Below, piece by piece: positions 9,450 through 18,348 of a stretch of DNA of 64,000 nt; the first letter of the stretch is position 1, and the number at the start of each line of letters is the position of its first letter. The stretch lies in assembly GCA_010092885.1 (NCBI GenBank), contig JAADYX010000080.1, positions 12,111 to 76,110 of the forward strand, given 5' to 3'. Position numbers and translations under genes: made by a program. The DNA comes from Chloroflexota bacterium. Lineage in GTDB: Bacteria; Chloroflexota; Anaerolineae; Aggregatilineales; UBA3940. Below the pieces are notes generated by a model that was not told the origin of the DNA, made no database searches, and saw only the letters and a list, made by a program, of their open reading frames with translations.

Positions 9450-10767
9450 CCCCGGCCTCGGCAATAGGGCGCTCATCAACTGCGCGTGGATGCCGGGTAG
9501 CATTGAGCCCCCCACCCGGCCAGCTGATCGCGCCGGGCGTGGCTGTCTGTGGGCTGATCACAGCATCCTTGAATTGCAGCAGGAGCAGACGGGCTGCGAT
9601 CTCAGCACGGCCTGCTGCACGGAAGGCTCCCCAGGTGGTTAGGGTGATGACCTCATTCATCGCGGCGCTCCAGCACTTGTAAAACAGATCGAGCCTGGCG
9701 GTAAGTTGACCATCGTTCACCTGAATATCGCGCACGGCCATGGACCAGCCAAGCACATGCATACCCTTGCCCCACTGGATTGGATCCGTGGTGCCGTGTT
9801 CCTCATCAAGGGTGACGTTCAGATAGAGATGCTTAAAAGCCAGCGTGCTGGCTTCTCGCTCAACAGGCAGCGTGATAGTCTGCGTACCGTGGGTCTCCAG
9901 GTCGATCTCATTGTCCATATCCCAAACGTAGTCTTTGGTATATACAGGTGTTTCCCTACAGGTGAGTGCATCCGAGTCCGCCGCGAGAATCAGATAGTGA
10001 ATCCGGACGACATAGGGGGTTGTGATGCGCCATTTAAGGAACTTGAGAAAGAAACGCTTGCCGAGAATACGAAACAGGCGGCGGCGCAGCGCATCTTCAT
10101 CTTTGCCGATGACAGACCGTTTGACATCTTCCAAGCCGGTAAACCGAACAACCTGATCTTTCAGCCATTTCACCGCTCGATCCACGCGATCCTTTTGGAT
10201 GCCACCCTGGTGCCGCGGCAGTTCTTCAACCGGCTTATTTTCCACAAGGGCTGGTTCCTTTGGTGGATTCACATCCTCCACTTCAAGGCGCATCGGCCAC
10301 AGCTGGCATTCAGGGCTGCGACAGTCAAAACAGAGATTGCCCAACGCATTGAAGCGCAGTTTATCGCCGTCAGTGACCACAGGTTCGGTCATTTCCAGGT
10401 CGAATGTGATCAGTTTGTCGGCATGCTCCAAAGCGAAGATGTCAAAGCCGTTTAGCACAACCACATACCTGTCACGACCGCGTAATTCCGGAGCCAACTC
10501 TACATCGTCCACCCGTACGCGAAAAGGGGTGAGGTTGGTCCGCTGACATTCAACGACGACTTCAGCAGTGCCAGTTTGGTAGGCGACACCTTCTGCTTTG
10601 ACACCCGTCGAGAATTCGGTGAAGTGGGCAACATCGGCACCGGTACCACTCGCGGCGGTGTGCCCGGCAAAGGCCGTACCGTTTTCCTGCCGGATGTAGC
10701 TGCCAAACCGGTTGACCCGGTGATTGTATTCCCACTCGTGGTGGTACCCTTGCCAGATGTGATACAT
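9433..10767 (-). CDS. Hypothetical protein, no family recognised (His/aromatic-rich N-terminus, possible two-lobe duplication, basic amphipathic linker)
   Basis: Long ORF with coding-like composition. Start is ATG 10767 (MYHIWQGYHHEWEYNHR) or GTG 10785. The stop overlaps the start of the downstream gene. Confidence 0.7.
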   Translation of the reverse strand: MYHIWQGYHHEWEYNHRVNRFGSYIRQENGTAFAGHTAASGTGADVAHFTEFSTGVKAEGVAYQTGTAEVVVECQRTNLTPFRVRVDDVELAPELRGRDRYVVVLNGFDIFALEHADKLITFDLEMTEPVVTDGDKLRFNALGNLCFDCRSPECQLWPMRLEVEDVNPPKEPALVENKPVEELPRHQGGIQKDRVDRAVKWLKDQVVRFTGLEDVKRSVIGKDEDALRRRLFRILGKRFFLKFLKWRITTPYVVRIHYLILAADSDALTCRETPVYTKDYVWDMDNEIDLETHGTQTITLPVEREASTLAFKHLYLNVTLDEEHGTTDPIQWGKGMHVLGWSMAVRDIQVNDGQLTARLDLFYKCWSAAMNEVITLTTWGAFRAAGRAEIAARLLLLQFKDAVISPQTATPGAISWPGGGLNATRHPRAVDERPIAEAGDEPVS

Positions 10768-10838
10768 AGTGTCTTCCCCGACCACGCTCCCATTCTACGC
10801 GAGTATAACCGAACTTCGCAGAAGTGCACGCCTCATCA

Positions 10839-13010
10839 TTAAGGTACGTGGAGCAGCACCTCGCAGTTGCTCCCACACACGGAAAGAGGTGCGTCAATGC
10901 GCAGTACCAGCGCGCGGGATTCTGCCGGGACGGGGAGCCTAAGCTCAACGGCGTGGAAGCCCACGGTAGCCCAATCTACTGTGGAGAGGATTGTCGTTTC
11001 ACTCCGGACAGAACCCTCTGCCATGGTTTCAATAACCACGGGAATCGCCGGGGGAAGCTCGCCGCGGCTTACCCAAAGTGTGTGCAGAGACTCATCGTTT
11101 GGTGGTGCATGAGCCACGATCTGCAAAGGTGCATCGGAGTTGACATCGAAATAGGGGCCAGGTGCGAGCAGCCCATCATCGACCACATAGACATGCTCGA
11201 CGACCTCTTGAGCACTGCGTGCCTCCATATACTGCTGTTGAATGCGCAGCGCATCGTTTGGCACTTGGTAAGGCGCGATGTACACGGCTGGCCAGGTCTC
11301 CAGCAGGATGCGCTGCCAGTAGATTGCAGGCGGCTCGCCAGCTAAAGCCGGGCCGCGCAGCACCCCCGGTTCGTAATTGTGGAGGAAAAGCGTGGTGTGA
11401 TCGATCAGGAACGGCACAAACACCGGCGGCGTGATGATCGCCTCACCCGGATCGGTGTGGGCGCGGGCGCTCTCAACGATGGGCGCATACTCGTCAGCGA
11501 AATAGTCACGTGCCTCCGAAGCCAGACGGCCCTGTCGCAGTTGTGTGCCCAGCATCAGCAGCGCAATCAACAGCAGAGCCCACTGCCGCACGGGTAAGCT
11601 TTCATCCTCGTCCTCGTCAAAAAGACGTGCCACGCCAACGGCATATACGGGCAGACCGTACAATGTATGCATGACAGATGGATCAGTGCCCAGCAGCAGA
11701 TAGCCCACTGCCGTGAATCCGACCAGCCCGAGAACCAGCCAGTCAACAGGCCGACGGCGCAGTCCTGCAACGATCATAGCAGCCAAAAGCAGGGTTGGTT
11801 CGAGGAGTGTGTACCCAGCCCACAGCTGCACACGTGCCATGAATCCGTCGACCTGTGCCAGCAGCAGATTTCGCTCTGGAAGAAAGGCATCGGCTGTTGA
11901 TAGAGCACCGCCTGAAGGCAGACTGATGATATGCACCCAGACATACAGGCCTGTCAGTGGAAGCACCGTGCTCAGAAAACCCCACATCTTCGCGGGGACA
12001 ATGAGCTTGCGCGCTGAGACGGCCTGTACCAGATAGTCAGCGGCGTAGACTCCCCCGAAGGTCACCAGAAAAGATGCAGCAGCGAAGTGTCCTTCCAATG
12101 CAAATACAGCGCTGACCCCAACCAATGCATGCGCCCACCACTTTTCCTGAGACCATGCCCAGGCAAATACCCACAGTACGCCGGATACCAACAGCATGAT
12201 GAGGGAGTCATTGCGGCCTGTGTGCGAGAGCATGAACAGGCTTGATCCGGTGAAGAAGACCAGCCCGGCCCATGCGGCCTTTCTGCTTATCAGGCGCCGG
12301 ATCGCATCAAACGTAAGCGGGAGGCTCAACAGGCCGAGCAGAAAGGCCAGGAGTCGCATTTGCGGCAGGCCAAGGCCAAACAGGGATGCCCATCCCTTGT
12401 ACAAGCCGAAGACGATGCCTCGCCAAGGGGGGAGGGGGATATTCTGGGGCAAGAACATCATAGCCGGCGCAATCGTGCCACCTGAAAGCATGCCCGCTGC
12501 CGCACTCAGATGGAATCCCTCATCAGTCCAGACGAAGCCGGATACAGTCACATACAGGCGGATAAGAACTCCCGTTAGGATCAGCAGCAGATATGCTATC
12601 AGGTAGACACTCTCATCATCATCACGAAGCGCCAATATGATCACTGCCCACAGACCGAAAAACACGCTGAGAACATATATGCCGTTCCAGTACGCATCGA
12701 GATAGACAATGCTGATTGCGGCTATAGACAAGGCAAAAACGGCTGCAAGCCCAACGAGCGAATTGACCACACGGCGAAGCATATACCATATACGCGAGGC
12801 CTCTATTGCTCCAGCTAGAACTACGATACCAATGAGAGCAAAGGCTGTCGTCCAGATGAAAACACGGCCTGCCGTCAAGGACAGTCGGAAAAAATCACCG
12901 CGTTGTGGCGGGTATGCAAAGGTCACAAGTAGGGAAAACCCGAACCACACTGCTGCTTGGGCAACGAGCAACCTTTGTATCGTGTTCTGGGGGATATTGG
13001 GCGGTGTCAC
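10839..13010 (-). CDS. GT-C fold glycosyltransferase (GT39/ArnT/PMT-like), polytopic membrane protein with extracytoplasmic C-terminal domain
   Basis: Ten or more hydrophobic helices, and a first-loop acidic motif WTDEGFHLSAA typical of GT-C enzymes. The GTG at 13010 overlaps the MscS stop (GTGA). The ORF-track start at 13112 would overlap MscS by about 100 nt. Confidence 0.7.
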   Translation of the reverse strand: MTPPNIPQNTIQRLLVAQAAVWFGFSLLVTFAYPPQRGDFFRLSLTAGRVFIWTTAFALIGIVVLAGAIEASRIWYMLRRVVNSLVGLAAVFALSIAAISIVYLDAYWNGIYVLSVFFGLWAVIILALRDDDESVYLIAYLLLILTGVLIRLYVTVSGFVWTDEGFHLSAAAGMLSGGTIAPAMMFLPQNIPLPPWRGIVFGLYKGWASLFGLGLPQMRLLAFLLGLLSLPLTFDAIRRLISRKAAWAGLVFFTGSSLFMLSHTGRNDSLIMLLVSGVLWVFAWAWSQEKWWAHALVGVSAVFALEGHFAAASFLVTFGGVYAADYLVQAVSARKLIVPAKMWGFLSTVLPLTGLYVWVHIISLPSGGALSTADAFLPERNLLLAQVDGFMARVQLWAGYTLLEPTLLLAAMIVAGLRRRPVDWLVLGLVGFTAVGYLLLGTDPSVMHTLYGLPVYAVGVARLFDEDEDESLPVRQWALLLIALLMLGTQLRQGRLASEARDYFADEYAPIVESARAHTDPGEAIITPPVFVPFLIDHTTLFLHNYEPGVLRGPALAGEPPAIYWQRILLETWPAVYIAPYQVPNDALRIQQQYMEARSAQEVVEHVYVVDDGLLAPGPYFDVNSDAPLQIVAHAPPNDESLHTLWVSRGELPPAIPVVIETMAEGSVRSETTILSTVDWATVGFHAVELRLPVPAESRALVLRIDAPLSVCGSNCEVLLHVP

Positions 13011-13921
13011 GCAAGTGTGCTCACAGCTGGGCCGGACTGGACAAGGCGTGTCGTGGGATAGGCCAAGCGAATATCTCTGTGGGTGGAGAATGCATCCAGG
13101 ATAGATTGCCACAACATGTGTTCGGTTGAACGGCGCTGGCGTGGATCGCAGACGAAGCGCATGGAGAGGCGAATGCCGTTGTCAACGACCTTCATGAAGA
13201 CTGCCGGCTCAAGGGTTGAATACACGATCGGGAAGCGATGCTGCGCTTCTTGTGCGTGCTGCTGTGCCCCGGCCAGCGTGCTGGCCAGCTGGTCCTCCAA
13301 GATGCGTTCTAGGGTTTGTATGGCTCGCCTGTAATTGCTGTCAAACGTGATCGTCAGGCGGATTTCATGCCAGACGGAGCCAATGCCCGAGTGGTAGTTC
13401 GACAGCGCCTCATTGAAGATCAGCCGGTTGGGAATGTGCAGCACACGGCCCGTGCTTTGGTCAGCATCCACCCACTCGCCGACCTCCAACAGGATGAAGT
13501 TGAAGAACCGAATGTCGATGACATCGCCGCGCATTCCAGCGATCTCGATCCGGTCGCCGATCTCAAACTCCTGCCGGGCGATGATATAGAACCAGGCTAC
13601 CACATTCGCAATAGGATCCTGCAAGATAAGAGCAAGGCCCGCGCCGAGCAGCCCCAGGACCGTCGCCAGTGAGAGGAGCTCAGTGAAGATGATCGAACTG
13701 GCGAACAGCAGCCCCAACAGCAGCATACTGACCGATATACTGCGCCGCCACCGATGCCTGACCTGAACATCATTGATGCGGCTATCCAGAAAGCGCATAA
13801 GCGCCAGCCGCACGATGTATACGGCCAACAGGACTACCATGGCAGTGAGCAGCCGCGCAACCGTATCTGTACTCAGGCCCAGTACACTGCCCAGCCATGC
13901 TTCAAATTCTTCGATGATCAT
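13007..13921 (-). CDS. Mechanosensitive ion channel, MscS family
   Basis: Three N-terminal TM helices, then the conserved beta-domain FEIGDRIEIAGMRGDVIDIRFFNFILLE. The ATG at 13921 is preceded by AAGGAGAGG. Confidence 0.85.
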   Translation of the reverse strand: MIIEEFEAWLGSVLGLSTDTVARLLTAMVVLLAVYIVRLALMRFLDSRINDVQVRHRWRRSISVSMLLLGLLFASSIIFTELLSLATVLGLLGAGLALILQDPIANVVAWFYIIARQEFEIGDRIEIAGMRGDVIDIRFFNFILLEVGEWVDADQSTGRVLHIPNRLIFNEALSNYHSGIGSVWHEIRLTITFDSNYRRAIQTLERILEDQLASTLAGAQQHAQEAQHRFPIVYSTLEPAVFMKVVDNGIRLSMRFVCDPRQRRSTEHMLWQSILDAFSTHRDIRLAYPTTRLVQSGPAVSTLA

Positions 13922-14018
13922 AACCTCTCCTTGTGAGGAACAGCACATTCGCACCAATGTGCCGTAGTGTATAGTAGAGTTGTATCAGGTATTGCAACTA
14001 TCGGAAAGGGACACCTAT

Positions 14019-14963
14019 ATGGGCAGTTCTGCGATTACACTTGAGAACCTGACACGCCGCTTTGATGATCTGGTGGCTGTCGATCACCTCACCTTTGACA
14101 TCGGCGAAGGCGAGGTGTTTGGTCTACTGGGCCATAATGGCGCAGGGAAAACGACCACTGTCCGGCTGTTAAGCGGGGTCCTTTCCCCGGATGATGGCAG
14201 CGCGCGCGTGCTTGGCCTGGACCCTCAGAAGAATGGGGCCGATCTGCGCCGCCGGATCGGTGTACTGACTGAAACTCCGTCAATCGATGAGCGGCTTTCC
14301 GCACGCGAAAACTTGACTATATTTGCCGACCTGTTCGGCATACCCTCCGACGATGTGACGCCGCGGATCGATGCACTGCTTGAACGGTTTGAACTGCTTG
14401 AGCGCGCCGCAGAGAAGACGAGCGAATACAGCAAAGGCATGAAGCAGCGGCTGGCCCTCGCCCGGACGTTGCTGCACGAGCCGGATCTTATCTTTTTGGA
14501 TGAGCCCACAGCCGGACTCGATCCCATTGCAGCGCGCGATGTCCGCGACATGATCCGGCGTTTGAGCGGCGACGAAGGCCGCACCATTGTCATGGCGACC
14601 CACAACCTGGCCGAAGCACAGCGGTTGTGCCACCGGGTCGCCGTTTTGGAACACGGCCGCCTGCTTGCACTTGGCACCCTGCGTGAACTCAACGAACGGC
14701 TTGGTGGGGCACTGCGCTTTACCCTCGAACTGGATCCAACAACGTGCGAGACAGCACAACAAACGCTCAGAGCCATGGATGGTGCAACCTTCGAGCTGGA
14801 GCGCCCAGATACGCTTACTGTCACCGGTGTGCCACGGGCCCACATCCCAGAGATGATCACTGCTTTGGCTGGGGCCGGTGTCCGCCTATACCGTGTGGAA
14901 CCGCAGGAAGCCTCTTTGGAAGAACTCTATTTTGCCTTACATGCGACGGAGGAACGGCGATGA
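14019..14963 (+). CDS. ABC transporter ATP-binding protein (ABC-2 exporter type)
   Basis: Walker A GHNGAGKTT, signature YSKGMKQRL, Walker B LIFLDEPTAGLD. Confidence 0.9.
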   Translation: MGSSAITLENLTRRFDDLVAVDHLTFDIGEGEVFGLLGHNGAGKTTTVRLLSGVLSPDDGSARVLGLDPQKNGADLRRRIGVLTETPSIDERLSARENLTIFADLFGIPSDDVTPRIDALLERFELLERAAEKTSEYSKGMKQRLALARTLLHEPDLIFLDEPTAGLDPIAARDVRDMIRRLSGDEGRTIVMATHNLAEAQRLCHRVAVLEHGRLLALGTLRELNERLGGALRFTLELDPTTCETAQQTLRAMDGATFELERPDTLTVTGVPRAHIPEMITALAGAGVRLYRVEPQEASLEELYFALHATEERR

Positions 14964-15781
14964 ACTGGCGCGGTATATTTGCAGTAGTCCGCAAGGATCT
15001 GAAGGTTGTCGTACGCAGCCCCATCATTCTGCTGCCGATGATCATCCTGCCGCTCATCCTTCAGGTTGCCATGCCAATCGGTCTGGGGGTGGCCTTTAAC
15101 TTGGCCGCGGAGGCTGCTTCTGACGAGGCTGACGACATCTCGGAGTTTCTTGAGGTGATTCCAGAAGAGGTGCTGACCACGCTGGAAACCGCGGGTGAGG
15201 AGGGCACCATCCTGATTCTCTTTCTCGTGTATTTGTTTGCACCCCTCTACCTGATTGTGCCGCTGATGGTCAGCAGTGTGATCGCGGCTGACAGCTTTGT
15301 AGGCGAACGCGAGCGCAAAACGCTGGAAGCGCTGCTCTACTCGCCGCTGACAGATATGGAACTGCTCATCGCCAAGATGATGACTGCCTGGGTGGCTGCG
15401 ATGGTCGTCAGCGTGGGCAGCTTCCTGATCTATGCGGTGGCAGTCAACGTTATTGCCTGGCCGTATATGGGGCGCATCTTCTTCCCTAACGCGACGTGGC
15501 TGCTGCTGGTGTTCTGGGTTGCGCCTGGTGTGGCCGCGCTCGGATTGGCCGCCACGGTGCTGATCTCGTCACGGGTGGAAACGTTTCAGGAAGCATACCA
15601 ATTCGGCGGCGTGATCGTCCTGCCCGTAGTTGCGTTGATGCTCGGGCAGATCGGTGGGCTGTTGTTTTTCGGCCCGGTGTTGGTGTCATTGCTGGGAATA
15701 TTTGCGTGGGGGCTTTCGGTGATCCTGCTGTTGATCGGTTATGACAGCTTCAGCCGGGACACACTGTTTGCGAAGATGTAA
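14960..15781 (+). CDS. ABC-2 type transporter permease
   Basis: The ATG at 14960 overlaps the ATPase stop (ATGA). Six hydrophobic helices. The 5' part of the ORF-track entry (14744-14959) lies inside the ATPase gene. Confidence 0.8.
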   Translation: MNWRGIFAVVRKDLKVVVRSPIILLPMIILPLILQVAMPIGLGVAFNLAAEAASDEADDISEFLEVIPEEVLTTLETAGEEGTILILFLVYLFAPLYLIVPLMVSSVIAADSFVGERERKTLEALLYSPLTDMELLIAKMMTAWVAAMVVSVGSFLIYAVAVNVIAWPYMGRIFFPNATWLLLVFWVAPGVAALGLAATVLISSRVETFQEAYQFGGVIVLPVVALMLGQIGGLLFFGPVLVSLLGIFAWGLSVILLLIGYDSFSRDTLFAKM

Positions 15782-15806
15782 GCCCGGGGGACAGCCTCCC
15801 CCGGGC
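15782..15806. terminator. Hairpin between convergent genes
   Basis: Perfect 10-bp stem GCCCGGGGGA / TCCCCCGGGC with a 5-nt loop, starting one base after the permease stop. Confidence 0.65.
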
Positions 15807-15819
15807 AGAGTCGTTTGAT

Positions 15820-17559
15820 CTATTCGAGCAGGCGGCCAGCGACCGTGTACTCTGCGTCATCAAGCCAGGTGCGCAGGTCCTCCCGCACAGGGGATGTTGG
15901 CTGCCGCTCGATTTGCAGTTCGCCGGTTTCATTCAAAGAGAGCACGAAGTTCACGCGCATGGCCGGATCCTTGTCCGGATAGTCCGCTCGGAAGTGCGCC
16001 CCGCGTGTTTCACGACGCGCCAGCGCACCACGGAGGGTTGCTTCAGCGGCCAGCAGCGTGGAACGCAGATCGAGTGCAATGGCGAGATCCTGCCAGCCTT
16101 CACTGGTTGGACGTACGTCAACAGCAGCAGCGCGCTCACGGATGGTATGGAGGCGCTCAAGGCCAGCGGTGAGGTTTTCCTCACTGCGGACCACACCGCA
16201 GTGCTCCCACATGGTGTTGCGCACAGCCCGCTGCAGTGGACGCGTGAGCTCATCACCCTCTTTGACGAAGCTGTCCAGATCAGCAACTGCCGCCTCGATC
16301 ACATCAGGCGCACGCAGTGCCATTCTGATCTGGCCGGAGTAGGCAGCCGCTGCCTCACCAGCGCGCCGCCCAAACACGAGCACCTCAGCCAATGAGTTGC
16401 CCCCAAGCCGGTTCGCGCCATGCACACCGCTGGTGACCTCACCGGCAGCATACAGCCCTTCCACATTGGTGGCGTGTGTCTCCGGATCGACGATCACACC
16501 ACCCATACTGTAGTGAGCCGTCGGCGCGACCTCCATTGGCGTCTCAGAGATATCGAGCATCTGGGCTTCAAGGAACTGACGGTACATGCGGGGCAGTTTC
16601 TCCAGGATGAAATCTTTGCCCCGGTGGCTGATATCCAGGTAGACACCCCCGTTGGGTGTGCCCCGGCCCTCAGCGATCTCTGTGTAGTTAGCGAGCGCAA
16701 CGCGGTCTCGGGTGGAAAGCTCCATACGGTCCGGATCGTAGCGCTGCATGTAGCGTTCGCCACTGGCATTCAGCAAGTGACCACCCTCTCCACGCACGGC
16801 TTCGGTGACGAGCGTGCCTGCCCACGTCTCCGGGTGGACCATGCCAGTCGGATGGAACTGCACCAATTCCATATCAGCCAACTGTGCACCGGCGGTCAGG
16901 GCCAGCCACATGCCATCACCGGTGTTTTCGTCACGCCGTGACGAACTCCGCCGCCACAACCGTGTATGCCCACCCGCGGCCAGGATCACAGCATCAGCCA
17001 GATAGACGGTTCGCTCCCCAGAATAGATGTCGAAGGCCAGTGCGCCGAAACAGCGTCCATCGGCTACAAGCAGGCGCGAAACGTACTGGTGTTCCTGTAT
17101 GGGGATACGGCGTTCATCAGCCTTCGCGGCCAGAGTCTCGATGATAGCACGCCCGGTGTAATCCCCAGCGTAAGCTGTGCGACGGTATTTGTGCGCACCG
17201 AAGTAGCGCTGGTCAATACGTCCATCTTCTGTTCGGGCGAACTCGCAGCCCCAATCGTCAAGTTCCAAAACGGCGGCCGGTGCTTCGCGAACCAGCAGTT
17301 CGACAGTATCCGGATCAGCGAGATAGTAGCCCTCTTTCATCGTGTCCGCGAAGTGCTGCTGCCAGCTGTCTTCGGGGTCACGGGTGCCCAGTGCGGCATT
17401 GATGCCGCCCGCAGCAAGCACCGTATGAGCGTCCTTTTTTAGGCGTTTACCAACAACGATAACATCTGCACCCGCCATATCGACGGCAATTGCAGCCCGT
17501 AGACCAGCACCGCCTGAGCCGACGACGAGTACATTGCATACTTTGGTACGTAAAGTCAT
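15820..17559 (-). CDS. Succinate dehydrogenase/fumarate reductase flavoprotein-family protein (SdhA/FrdA/NadB-like), stand-alone
   Basis: N-terminal VLVVGSGGAGLRAA dinucleotide fold. DAHTVLAAGGINAA retains the His used for covalent FAD in SdhA. Also QFHPTG and RGAHFRADYP. The 579-aa length fits SdhA/FrdA better than NadB. Confidence 0.8.
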   Translation of the reverse strand: MTLRTKVCNVLVVGSGGAGLRAAIAVDMAGADVIVVGKRLKKDAHTVLAAGGINAALGTRDPEDSWQQHFADTMKEGYYLADPDTVELLVREAPAAVLELDDWGCEFARTEDGRIDQRYFGAHKYRRTAYAGDYTGRAIIETLAAKADERRIPIQEHQYVSRLLVADGRCFGALAFDIYSGERTVYLADAVILAAGGHTRLWRRSSSRRDENTGDGMWLALTAGAQLADMELVQFHPTGMVHPETWAGTLVTEAVRGEGGHLLNASGERYMQRYDPDRMELSTRDRVALANYTEIAEGRGTPNGGVYLDISHRGKDFILEKLPRMYRQFLEAQMLDISETPMEVAPTAHYSMGGVIVDPETHATNVEGLYAAGEVTSGVHGANRLGGNSLAEVLVFGRRAGEAAAAYSGQIRMALRAPDVIEAAVADLDSFVKEGDELTRPLQRAVRNTMWEHCGVVRSEENLTAGLERLHTIRERAAAVDVRPTSEGWQDLAIALDLRSTLLAAEATLRGALARRETRGAHFRADYPDKDPAMRVNFVLSLNETGELQIERQPTSPVREDLRTWLDDAEYTVAGRLLE

Positions 17560-17785
17560 GAAGTCCTTCTCAACCGATAGAGAACGTTGTGATAGAAATC
17601 ACGTTCAGTGTATTTAGAAAATACCAAAAGCTGCCTATCGCGATCAACTCAGGGACCAAAGATCAAGGGGTCGGCCACCCTCAGGAGAAAGTCTGGCGTC
17701 TGTGCGGGCAGTTCAAGCGCGCGTATATGCCCCATGGAATGGCCTCCAACTCAACGGAACCGCTCACATCGCCAACATAGCCTCC

Positions 17786-18175
17786 TCAGCCCCGCTGCGA
17801 CCGTCGCTTTCGGTGGCTGGCCAGATCATACCTGCCAATGAGGCGAAGCCGGAGCCACGAGTACTCATGCCCTGCGGATAGAAACCGCTGCTGGCCAAAG
17901 CGATGCGGTTGCCCAACTTGCGCGAGCATTACATCCGATCGCGGGTCGAGGGCTGCGCCATCGAGAATGGGTGTGTTCCACGGACTGTCCGGTGCGAACA
18001 GGGGAAGATCAACGCCAGGTGGCGGTGGGCTGTCGACGTCGGCCTGCACGGCCAAATCCTCCGGGATTGGTATGCTGCTCTAAGTCGTTTCAGCACTGCC
18101 GCAGCCGGCGAGAAGAGCCGCGAGCGCGGTCACTACGACACCCAGGCCAACACGAAGATGAGAAGTAGATTGCAC
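17786..18175 (-). pseudogene. Decayed lipoprotein gene: signal peptide/lipobox, in-frame TAG, then truncated mature region
   Basis: The GTG at 18175 opens VQSTSHLRVGLGVVVTALAALLAGCGSAETT, followed by TAG (18080-18082). The same frame continues SSIPIPEDLAVQADVDSPPPPGVDLPLFAPDSPWNTPILDG and ends at 17786. Further protein-like fragments occur in another frame downstream. Confidence 0.45.
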
Positions 18176-18348
18176 GGATCGCCCTCCAAGCTGATTTGCC
18201 GATCCTACTCTAGCCTGAGCGGCACCCGACGTATCGTGCAATCCGGCCTACGCTGATGTAACAATCGGCCAGGAAATATTCTCATTGTCATCTTGCAAAT
18301 AAGTGGCTACACTTGGTTCAAATGTGACAACTGTGTTGAGGCTGTTGT

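Noticed and set aside
14744-14959. Upstream 72 codons of the ABC-2 permease ORF
   Set aside because: They overlap the 3' end of the ATPase gene and the translation is Cys/His/Arg/Gly-rich. The ATG at 14960 forms a classic ATGA junction.
17589-17841. Plus-strand ORFs of 63 and 77 aa in the gene-free region
   Set aside because: They are short, with no ribosome-binding site or motif, and they overlap the remnants of the minus-strand pseudogene.
18080-18082. In-frame TAG read as pyrrolysine or programmed read-through
   Set aside because: I recognised no pyl genes or recoding signal in the window. The downstream reading frame itself degenerates, so ordinary nonsense decay is the simpler explanation.
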